DNA of 64,000 nucleotides from Bacillota bacterium (GTDB lineage Bacteria; Bacillota; UBA4882; JBLNCG01): NCBI GenBank assembly GCA_050260475.1, contig JBLNCG010000061.1, positions 79,559 to 143,558 of the forward strand, read 5' to 3'. Shown piece by piece: positions 46,162 to 53,749 of this stretch (position 1 is its first letter; each line of letters starts with the position of its first letter). The notes under the pieces were generated by a model. It saw only the letters and a program-made list of their open reading frames with translations, ran no database searches and was not told where the DNA came from. The position numbers and the translations under genes were made by a program.

Positions 46162-48353
46162 AGGGCGCTCCCCCAGGTCACCGGATCATACCTGTCGTTC
46201 AGCAAGATATCGTAATTCTCCCTCCAGTTCCTCAGCCTGAAGTTGGTCAGCTTGGCGATGAACGGGGATTCCTCCATGGGGTCGTATTTCCAGACCCTTT
46301 TGGGGGGGACGAAATATTGCGGCGCCTGGTTGTCCGGACCGGCCCTGTCCCAGAAGTCGCCCGCGACCCATTCCGAATCGTAGGCGTCGATAAAGCACCC
46401 GCGGATCAATATCGTCTTGGTGGGGCCCCAGTTTTCCAGCAGGCGCACGAAGTTTTCCAGACCGCCGTTATAACTGACGTGATAAAGACGCTTGTCGAAC
46501 TTTCCGGTGGCGGGATTTATGCCGTCCAGGTACCCCTGCTTGCACAACTCGTAATACGCCGGGAAATAAGACTTCATTTCCTCCTCGGTCTTCACGATGG
46601 TCCCGGAACCGGCGGGATCGCAAAAATAGGTGTCCATATTGCCCGCGATGAGGATGGCGTTGACGATCACGGAAGGTATGAGGTTGCCGTTGTAGTATGT
46701 ATCCACCAACTCCTCGAATCTTTTTGTGCTGCGGTTGTATTTCATGGGGAGCTGGTTTTGTTCCACTATGGGCACCACATCCTCGGGGTGGATGAATTTA
46801 ACTCCCTCGTCGTCCTCCTGGGCGAAATAGTCGGAGCAGACGTTGATGACGTCGGCGATGAGCATGGCGTCCTCCCACTTGGTGCCGTCAACCTTCTTGT
46901 TGAAACTGCCGCAGACATATAAAGGCTTGTCCGTGATGATGGAAGTGTCCTCCCATAACTCCTCCGCGTGCCTGACCACCACCGCGGGGAACATGGAATC
47001 CCCGATCTGGGCCGCCGGGGGGGATATGTAAATGATCCAGTCGCCCCCCGGCGCGGCCAGGGGCCCGTGCAACGGCAGGTAATAATCGAGAAAAGCCTTG
47101 AAAAGGCGGAAATCCAGGCAGTAGCCCTTGACGGTCCTGTCCTCCCGGAAATTCTCGAAGGCTTTCTTGTCCTGCGGGGACCCGGGCCTCGTCATGATGT
47201 AGATGGCGTCCCTCAGTTTAAGTATTACCGGATCGGTAGCTTTCTCGTATTCCATCTTGGTCTTGATCACGTAATTCATTCCGGCGGTGTCCTTTACGAT
47301 GGCGCCGTTTATGTACAAATTGTCGTCGACGACTGCGATGCCGTACTGCATCGCCTGAAGGTGGTAATATCCGCCCCGCCGCTTGTCCTTGGCGGAAAGG
47401 GCGGTGACGCTTTTTACGCCCGTTTTGACGATCTGGTAAGGGTCTCCTGCGTTTTTGTCCCCCCAGTGAAAATCCCTGTACGTGCCGAAATCGTAATTCT
47501 CCCATCCCGATTTAAATCTTTTGGCGGGCCATTCGGTGCCCGACGGATACAAGTCCCCGGCCGTGGGCGTAAAACTGTCCTGATACACATACATCTGCTC
47601 GTTCCGGATCAATACTTTGGTATTCGCTTCATTGTCGTCAAGCAGGGTCTCTTCATAATTGAAATCGAACTTCCTCCTGCGGTAAAACTTCTTTTCCGTC
47701 TCCAGGGAGGTGGTTGCCTCCTGTGTGACGCCCTCCTTGTCTACGTAAGTATCCGGTTTAAAATGGATGGTCACCCCGAGATCGCCGGGAGTGACATAGA
47801 TGCCTCCCCTGGCGTGCAGCGCTCCGGATATGTCCATCGTGTCGCAGGCGTTGATCTCCAGGTCGCGGATGGAATAGACGAAGTACTTGGAAACGGGTTC
47901 CAGAATGACGGTAAAATCATAGTTGATGATGTAATTGTCCACTCCCGAGTCGGCCCTGATTGTGATAGGTATGACCTTGTTCAGCAGGGTTCCCGATTGC
48001 TTTACATAAGGAGTGCCGTGCGTAACGGTAAGCGTATATGTTTTCCCCCATACATTGATTTCGTTCTCGTTCAGACTGGGATCCAGCCCCCTGATGTAAT
48101 CGGTTTCAGCGGGAACATACTCGGCATTCATCACAACCATGGGATCAATGGCCCGGAAATAATCGTCCAGGTTTTTATTGACCTGTTCCACGCCGATTTC
48201 GCAGACATTGCGGAGCACGACGATCTCGCGGTCCATGGTGATGCGCTTGGTCGCATTGAGGGACGACATCATCAGGGCGCCGCTGATCAGGCTGATGGTA
48301 AACACCATAAACAGCGCGATGACCAAGGCGATTCCCTTCTGGCTTCTTAACAT
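46158..48353 (-). CDS. large (731 aa) GspK/PilX-like pseudopilin-type protein lacking Glu5, cassette 2 gene 1
   Basis: The N-terminus is MLRSQKG|IALVIALFMVFTISLISGALMM. It shares the blocks IRDLE, FYRRRKFD, FPAVVV, YNGGLENFVRLLENW, GCFIDA and PFIAKLTNFRLRNW with 42877..44859. Confidence 0.7.
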   Translation of the reverse strand: MLRSQKGIALVIALFMVFTISLISGALMMSSLNATKRITMDREIVVLRNVCEIGVEQVNKNLDDYFRAIDPMVVMNAEYVPAETDYIRGLDPSLNENEINVWGKTYTLTVTHGTPYVKQSGTLLNKVIPITIRADSGVDNYIINYDFTVILEPVSKYFVYSIRDLEINACDTMDISGALHARGGIYVTPGDLGVTIHFKPDTYVDKEGVTQEATTSLETEKKFYRRRKFDFNYEETLLDDNEANTKVLIRNEQMYVYQDSFTPTAGDLYPSGTEWPAKRFKSGWENYDFGTYRDFHWGDKNAGDPYQIVKTGVKSVTALSAKDKRRGGYYHLQAMQYGIAVVDDNLYINGAIVKDTAGMNYVIKTKMEYEKATDPVILKLRDAIYIMTRPGSPQDKKAFENFREDRTVKGYCLDFRLFKAFLDYYLPLHGPLAAPGGDWIIYISPPAAQIGDSMFPAVVVRHAEELWEDTSIITDKPLYVCGSFNKKVDGTKWEDAMLIADVINVCSDYFAQEDDEGVKFIHPEDVVPIVEQNQLPMKYNRSTKRFEELVDTYYNGNLIPSVIVNAILIAGNMDTYFCDPAGSGTIVKTEEEMKSYFPAYYELCKQGYLDGINPATGKFDKRLYHVSYNGGLENFVRLLENWGPTKTILIRGCFIDAYDSEWVAGDFWDRAGPDNQAPQYFVPPKRVWKYDPMEESPFIAKLTNFRLRNWRENYDILLNDRYDPVTWGSAL

Positions 48354-48374
48354 CTTACATACCCCCTGACAAAC

Positions 48375-48405
48375 GGAGCACTATCAGAAAAAGAAATAGT
48401 GCTCC
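48375..48405 (-). promoter_or_regulatory. perfect 10-bp stem hairpin between the secretin and tip cassette 2
   Basis: GGAGCACTAT - 11-nt loop - ATAGTGCTCC. On the minus strand it is followed by GTTTGTC, so there is no canonical U-tract. Confidence 0.45.
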
Positions 48406-48442
48406 AACGAATTCTGGCATTAATTATATCGGATGAAACGAT

Positions 48443-50323
48443 TTATTGCTTTACCGGACCGGGGACGATGATCTCCTGGTTCACTTCTATTTTGGCGGGA
48501 TCCGTGATATTGTTGATCTCCATGAGAACAGCCACGGTAGTGTTGAACTTTTTCGCCAGGCTGTATAAAGTGTCGCCCCTTTTGATCTTGTAGATATGAT
48601 CCGCTGGGACGGGGATTCGCAAAACTTGTCCCACTTCTAGTATATTCGACGCGGTCAGGTTGTTTTCCTTCAAAATATCGTCGACTTTGATCCCATATTT
48701 TTTCGAAATGCTGTAATAGGTGTCCTTGCGTTTGACGACGTACTGAACAATCCGGCTTCCGTCCGGCCTTTTTTCGATGTTGCCCTGCCCCTCCGGCTCC
48801 GCTTGAGGAATGCCGGGCGTCTCCCCTCCCGGTTGAGGCTGCTGCGTTCCGGGCGGGGGGGGCGGACTCTGCGCGCCCTGTTCCGGAGTGGGCGTGGGTA
48901 TGGGCGCAGGGGAGCCGGGTCCGACGCTTGGCCCCGCGGTCGGGATCCCCCCTTCGGGTTTTAGCGTCTCCCCCGCATCCTCGCCGGCGCCGCCTCCCGC
49001 CTCTAGGTCCTCGCCGGATTTCTTGAGCAGCTCCTCCAGCCGCCGGAGCTGTTCGCTTTTGGTGATTGTCGCTTCCTCCGGCTTGTCAAGGGGGATGACA
49101 ACATCCACGGAGGTGGTCGTAATGCCTGAATTTTTCAAATTCAACCTGTCCTCGGGGCTGAGCTTTCCCTTAAAAATCCTCGCCGTGATTAAAAAGATCA
49201 ATTCCTTGGTTTCCTTGGTCTGCTCCTTGTGCTGAAAAAGCTTTCCAAGGAGAGGCAGCGAACTAATGATGGGAATCCCCTTGATGTCTTCGTGCATGCT
49301 GTCCCAGAGCATCCCGCTGAACAGATAGGACTCCCCGTCGTTGATTCTGAAAATGCTGTCCACATTGCGCTTTTCAATGGACTTCATGACTCCCAGGGAA
49401 TAAGATCCGAGAGTGCTCAATTCCCCTTTGAATATGACGGTGATTTCACCTAAATTGTTGACTTGAGGCGTAATGCTGATCTTTATTCCTACATCCACAT
49501 ATGTGTACGAATAAGTCATGTTCCCGTTCTCATCCTCAGATACACCCGTTATGATGGGATATTGGGTGAACACGCCCGTCTCGCCTTTCTGGCCGTTTAA
49601 AATCGCTATGCTTGGCCTGGCCCTGACAACGGCCTCCCCTTTCTGTTCCATTGCCTCCAGGGATCCCCGCCAGTTGGGGCCAAGATCGATATTGGACAGC
49701 GTAAAAGTGCCCGCGCCGGCCAACCCCAGCATCTGGCTGGCGGAACTCGACAGTTCCTCGATGCGCACATCGAACATCACCACCGGCACCTCTATATCCA
49801 ACTGGCGGATGATTTCCTCCAGGTTCTGCAGTTGGAGTTCAAACCCTTTCACCACAAGGATGTTCGCCTTTTCATCGGCCTTGATGTTGTCCTTGCCGAA
49901 CAAGCCCAACACCTCGGTTGCGGCGGCCAGGTCCTTGGCGGCAATATAATTGAGATGGAATATTCTGGTGGTTTGCAAATCGAAATTTTTGGCCATGGTT
50001 TCTTCTGCGCCGACGATGTAAACGTTATTATATTTCATAAATTTCAATCCCTTGAGGCGGGCGAGAAAATCCAGGGCCTGTTCGCAAGTATAATTGGGCA
50101 GGGTTAAGGTTATCTTATCCGCCTTTACATTATCATCCATGGCGATCCCTACGTTGAAAGCCCGTCCGATCAACCTGAACGCATCCCTGAGGGGCGTATC
50201 CACAAACTCGAAAGTCCGTACGTCTCCGGCACCGGAGGGAGTATATCCGTTGGCATTCACGGCCTCAAACGCCAGGAACAGACAAAAAGCCGCCAGTAAA
50301 AATTGCCCCCAACACCTTTTCAC
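48443..50323 (-). CDS. pilQ: secretin (PilQ/GspD family) with a C-terminal Pro-rich linker and two LysM domains
   Basis: It begins with a signal peptide (FLLAAFCLFLAFEAVNANG). An STN/N0-like block (FEFVDTPLRDAFRLIGRAFNVGIAMDD...ITLTLPNYTCEQALDFLARLKGL) and an N1-like block (TRIFHLNYIAAKDL...ANILVVKG...IRQLD) follow. The secretin core ends DIKGIPIISSLPLLGKLFQHKEQTKETKELIFLITARI. Residues ~436-520 are Pro/Gly/Glu-rich. The two LysM repeats are YVVKRKDTYYSISKKYGIKVDDILKENNL... and YKIKRGDTLYSLAKKFNTTVAVLMEINNI... Confidence 0.85.
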   Translation of the reverse strand: MKRCWGQFLLAAFCLFLAFEAVNANGYTPSGAGDVRTFEFVDTPLRDAFRLIGRAFNVGIAMDDNVKADKITLTLPNYTCEQALDFLARLKGLKFMKYNNVYIVGAEETMAKNFDLQTTRIFHLNYIAAKDLAAATEVLGLFGKDNIKADEKANILVVKGFELQLQNLEEIIRQLDIEVPVVMFDVRIEELSSSASQMLGLAGAGTFTLSNIDLGPNWRGSLEAMEQKGEAVVRARPSIAILNGQKGETGVFTQYPIITGVSEDENGNMTYSYTYVDVGIKISITPQVNNLGEITVIFKGELSTLGSYSLGVMKSIEKRNVDSIFRINDGESYLFSGMLWDSMHEDIKGIPIISSLPLLGKLFQHKEQTKETKELIFLITARIFKGKLSPEDRLNLKNSGITTTSVDVVIPLDKPEEATITKSEQLRRLEELLKKSGEDLEAGGGAGEDAGETLKPEGGIPTAGPSVGPGSPAPIPTPTPEQGAQSPPPPPGTQQPQPGGETPGIPQAEPEGQGNIEKRPDGSRIVQYVVKRKDTYYSISKKYGIKVDDILKENNLTASNILEVGQVLRIPVPADHIYKIKRGDTLYSLAKKFNTTVAVLMEINNITDPAKIEVNQEIIVPGPVKQ

Positions 50324-50327
50324 CGGG

Positions 50328-50918
50328 TCATCCCTCCCCCAATTTCAGGTAGTAGCTTTCTCCATCCTTGCCCAGTTCCACGCCGTTCGCATCGATCCGG
50401 TTTATGATGTACCCGTAAACATTGTCGCCCACGGCGACAACGGGATAATTGCCGTCCCTGGTGTCAAGCAGGGCGATGAAATTCGCCCGCGAGGCGACAA
50501 TCCCCAAAACTCTGAACTCCCAGGGCTTCAGGTTCTGCGAACGGGTTACTTTCTTTAATTCTTTTTGTCTTTCCACATTTTTCAGCACTTCCGTCCGGTT
50601 CTTGGTGGAGCTTATATCCTCTTCCAAAGGTACGAAAGGGTTGTGCCGCCCGGTTTTTATCATGGTGGCAAAGGCCTCTTCTCCGATATAGGTGGACTGG
50701 GACATGCTCCCCGTTACATTTGTCTGTATGGAGGCGCTTGTCGGTTGCGCGGCCGGGCTCCCCGGAACCGGGTTTGTCTGAGTCGCCCCGGGCCTGGGGG
50801 CCATGGCGGGTTGAATAAGGTACTGGTACGCCAAGGCGCCTCCGCCCACCGCGATCACGGCGATAAGGACGCCGACGGTAACCGGATTTTCTTTTTTTCC
50901 AGCGCTTTTTTCAGCCAT
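50328..50918 (-). CDS. PilP-like pilus assembly protein (TM-anchored, no lipobox)
   Basis: It occupies the position between pilO and the secretin. It has an N-terminal TM helix (VTVGVLIAVIAVGGGALAY), a low-complexity linker, an RHNPFVPL motif (compare R-D/N-P-F of PilP) and a C-terminal beta-rich block FRVLGIVASRANFIALLD...VAVGDNVYGYIINRIDANGVEL. Confidence 0.55.
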   Translation of the reverse strand: MAEKSAGKKENPVTVGVLIAVIAVGGGALAYQYLIQPAMAPRPGATQTNPVPGSPAAQPTSASIQTNVTGSMSQSTYIGEEAFATMIKTGRHNPFVPLEEDISSTKNRTEVLKNVERQKELKKVTRSQNLKPWEFRVLGIVASRANFIALLDTRDGNYPVVAVGDNVYGYIINRIDANGVELGKDGESYYLKLGEG

Positions 50919-51469
50919 CAGTAAATAAAGCCTCCCTGCGTGCTCATATAGGCTTGCGCCGTAATTTGCACCGACATCTGGCCGCCGCCGTCCCCGCTGA
51001 TGTTGAAGGTGCTCACGGTTATGAGGCGCGGCATATTGGTCAGTTCCGTAAGAAAGCTTTCGATATTGACAAACTTTCCGGCGAACTGTAAGCTGATCTC
51101 AATGATTTTATAACGCGGATCCGGGGATTCGCTCGCTTCCTTCGAAGCCAGCGATCCGAAAGTGATTTTGTTTCTCAATATCACCAGTTCGATGCTTTTG
51201 ATTAAGGACGCCACCTCTTTGTTTCTGGGCAGCATGATATTCAGGCGGTTTATCTCATCCTTGACCGCGGCCAGTTGTCTTTTCAAATCATCCAGCTGCT
51301 TCACTTCCCGGATGACTGCCTCAAGTTCCGCGGTTTTTTGAACCCTTTTGGCCTCAAGCTCATCCAACTGCTTGTTTCTGGGAGCGTACACCAGGACAAT
51401 ATATACGATGACGATAAAGATGACGACGCCCAGCGTAATAAGGGCGGAAAGGCTGATCCTGGATTTCAT
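50918..51469 (-). CDS. pilO: type IV pilus assembly protein PilO
   Basis: 183 aa with a TM helix, a coiled coil (QLDELEAKRVQKTAELEAVIREVKQLDDLKRQL) and then a ferredoxin-like C-domain. The gene order is pilMNO. Confidence 0.75.
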   Translation of the reverse strand: MKSRISLSALITLGVVIFIVIVYIVLVYAPRNKQLDELEAKRVQKTAELEAVIREVKQLDDLKRQLAAVKDEINRLNIMLPRNKEVASLIKSIELVILRNKITFGSLASKEASESPDPRYKIIEISLQFAGKFVNIESFLTELTNMPRLITVSTFNISGDGGGQMSVQITAQAYMSTQGGFIY

Positions 51470-52023
51470 TGAATATTTCCCCTCTTGATGAGTAAATTAT
51501 AACTTAAACTGAAAGTATAAACCTCATTCCCCCCGCTGGTCACCCCAGTGAAGGAGGAGGTGTTTTTATCGAAAAAATTGCTCCGGTTGAACATGATAAT
51601 GGTATTGCCCACCGCATTCAAAGACTTGGTTTGAAAATTCATGGTGATTTTGCCTTCTTTGGTAATAATCAGGCTGGTCATCCACACATCCACGGGCATG
51701 ATGGTCTTAATGTGATTCATGATGTAGGGCACATCCAGGGTATTTCTTATCATATTGTCCTTCATTTGCAGGTATTCATCAACCTTCTTCAACCGCGCCT
51801 TCGCTTCCCGGCACTCCGCCAGCCGGCCGGCGAACATGGTGATTTTGCTTTCCAGTTCCTCGACTTCCCGTTTTTTGTTTTCAACGGCGATCATTCCGTT
51901 GTAAAAATCCCACGCCAAGTAGCCCGCAACCAAAAACGCCCCCAGCAGGATGAGAAAATTGAGCATATAAAACTGCTTTTTCGGCTTGTATTTTTCCGGA
52001 AGGAGGGATATCCTGACTTTCAC
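51466..52023 (-). CDS. pilN: type IV pilus assembly protein PilN
   Basis: 185 aa with an N-terminal ISLLPEKYK (compare the INLLP motif that binds PilM), followed by a TM helix and a coiled coil. Confidence 0.8.
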   Translation of the reverse strand: MKVRISLLPEKYKPKKQFYMLNFLILLGAFLVAGYLAWDFYNGMIAVENKKREVEELESKITMFAGRLAECREAKARLKKVDEYLQMKDNMIRNTLDVPYIMNHIKTIMPVDVWMTSLIITKEGKITMNFQTKSLNAVGNTIIMFNRSNFFDKNTSSFTGVTSGGNEVYTFSLSYNLLIKRGNIQ

Positions 52024-53105
52024 TTCTCATCCCCCCTCTGCGCAAGCCCTATGCTCACCGAAAGCATCGGGGATATCTCCCTTAACTGTTCATAGTCGTG
52101 CCTGTGTACGTTCACTTCCAGGTAATCCAGGGGATCCCCCACCTTGGTCTTCACCACCAGTTCGTTTTCCAAAAACTTGTTAAGATTCCTGAACTTGGAT
52201 CCTCCTCCGGTGATGATGACCTCATTCACCTCATCGCCGCGGTTCTGCAACTTGTAATAATCGAAGGACCGCTTTAATTCCAGCAGAAACTCCTCCAGCA
52301 CCGGCCGGAAAGCGTTGAAAAGCCGGCCCTCCGCGCTGGCGTCGTTCGGCATGACGCTTTTGACATCCAGGGGGATGACGGCGTCCTCCGATTTCTTTTT
52401 CTCCGCCTCCGCGTCGCTGATGTTGAAAGCCTTTGCTATGGCCGAGGTGAACCTGTACCCCGCAATGGGGATGATGCGCATGAACTTCAGGACGCTATCC
52501 TTGAATATGACCAGATCGCTTGTCCCGGCGCCGATATCCAACAGGGCGACGGATTTTCCGGACGCCGTTTCCCCCTGGCTTAACGGGTCCTCCATGCCCA
52601 GCGAGCGCAGCAGGGCGAAAGGCTGGATGTCTATGACGGTCGGATTCAAGCCCGCGTCCTTGATGGCTAGCACATGATCGTCGATGATGGATTCCTGGGA
52701 GGCCACGATCATGACGTCCATTTCTTCGGCCAGATTGACCGGTCGGTTGATGACCTGATAGTCGATGACGGCCTGCTCCAGGGGATAGGGGATGTATTTT
52801 TCAACCTCCCACTGGATCGAGGAGCGCAGGGCGTCGTCGTCCATATTGGGGCACTTGATGTGCCTAAACATAACGGACTGCGCCGCCACCGCGGCGATCA
52901 CCCTTTTCCCGCTGAAACCCTTTTTCATCGCGGTTTTAATCGCCCTGGTGACTTCGTCCCTCTGAAGGATGCTCCCCGCCTCGATGATCCCGAAGGGAAT
53001 CGGGACTACCGCCAGCTTCTTCAGGGCGAACCCGGATTTTTTGCGGACAAGCTCGACCATTTTTACCTTGCTGGTCCCGATATCCAGGCCGATCAATTCT
53101 CCCAT
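52020..53105 (-). CDS. pilM: type IV pilus assembly ATPase-like protein PilM (actin fold)
   Basis: 361 aa with IGLDIGTSKVKMVEL, LLDIGAGTSDLVIF and IITGGGSK, which are ASKHA motifs. Confidence 0.9.
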   Translation of the reverse strand: MGELIGLDIGTSKVKMVELVRKKSGFALKKLAVVPIPFGIIEAGSILQRDEVTRAIKTAMKKGFSGKRVIAAVAAQSVMFRHIKCPNMDDDALRSSIQWEVEKYIPYPLEQAVIDYQVINRPVNLAEEMDVMIVASQESIIDDHVLAIKDAGLNPTVIDIQPFALLRSLGMEDPLSQGETASGKSVALLDIGAGTSDLVIFKDSVLKFMRIIPIAGYRFTSAIAKAFNISDAEAEKKKSEDAVIPLDVKSVMPNDASAEGRLFNAFRPVLEEFLLELKRSFDYYKLQNRGDEVNEVIITGGGSKFRNLNKFLENELVVKTKVGDPLDYLEVNVHRHDYEQLREISPMLSVSIGLAQRGDEK

Positions 53106-53409
53106 TTTTTTACCTTCCTGCTCATAAAATATAGGAGGGGCCCAAAGCCGGTCTTCGAAGAAACCCCCCTTGCCCCCCTGAAAGGGGGCGAAAGTTTGGC
53201 GATTAAGAATCCAACCAAATTTACCGTCTGAGGCTTAAAACTACAGAGCATTACTGTTCGCTTTTTTCATCCTTTCGATCGTCCCGGCAAAACATGCCGG
53301 GGTGGGGAACTGCTCATAAACATAGAAGATGGAATACAAATAATTTTAAAATAAGCAATTAACCCGAAAAGCCGGATTATAAAAAAACCGCGCGGCCCGC
53401 CGGGGTGAA

Positions 53410-53670
53410 TCAGGAATGCTTCGGATTCTGCGCGACCACTTTTACCACATCCAGGATTACTACCAGGGCGTCGGTGCGGAGCTGGCGGTCGTTGCGCAGG
53501 ACTCCGGCGAAAATATGCCCTTCGGGGGTAACCGCGTATTTTCCTTTCAAATTGTTCAGGGCGAGGGCCATCACATCATCGGCGCAACGCCGGCAGGGGC
53601 AGTAATCGGGATTCCGCCTTAGAAATTCCTTGTAAACATCGGCCACGATATCTTCCATATAGTTTTTCAT
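53410..53670 (-). CDS. comFB: ComFB-family (late competence development protein ComFB) small protein
   Basis: 86 aa with NYMEDIVADVYKEF....PDYCPCRRCADDVMALALNNLKGKY, matching the ComFB fold signature as I recall it. Confidence 0.75.
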   Translation of the reverse strand: MKNYMEDIVADVYKEFLRRNPDYCPCRRCADDVMALALNNLKGKYAVTPEGHIFAGVLRNDRQLRTDALVVILDVVKVVAQNPKHS

Positions 53671-53749
53671 GCGGTCTTTACACCTCTAACGGAAGATTTT
53701 TAAAGCGCAGGCCGGCCTCAATTGCGCGGATTAAAAGCGTTGCGCGAAA

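Noticed and set aside
53370..53409. A canonical intrinsic terminator after comFB.
   Set aside because: A T7 tract follows a GC-rich segment (CCCCGGCGGGCCGCGCGG), but I could not draw a convincing stem with a loop of 3 nt or more. It is mentioned only as a possibility in the pilM-leader finding and is not listed as a feature.
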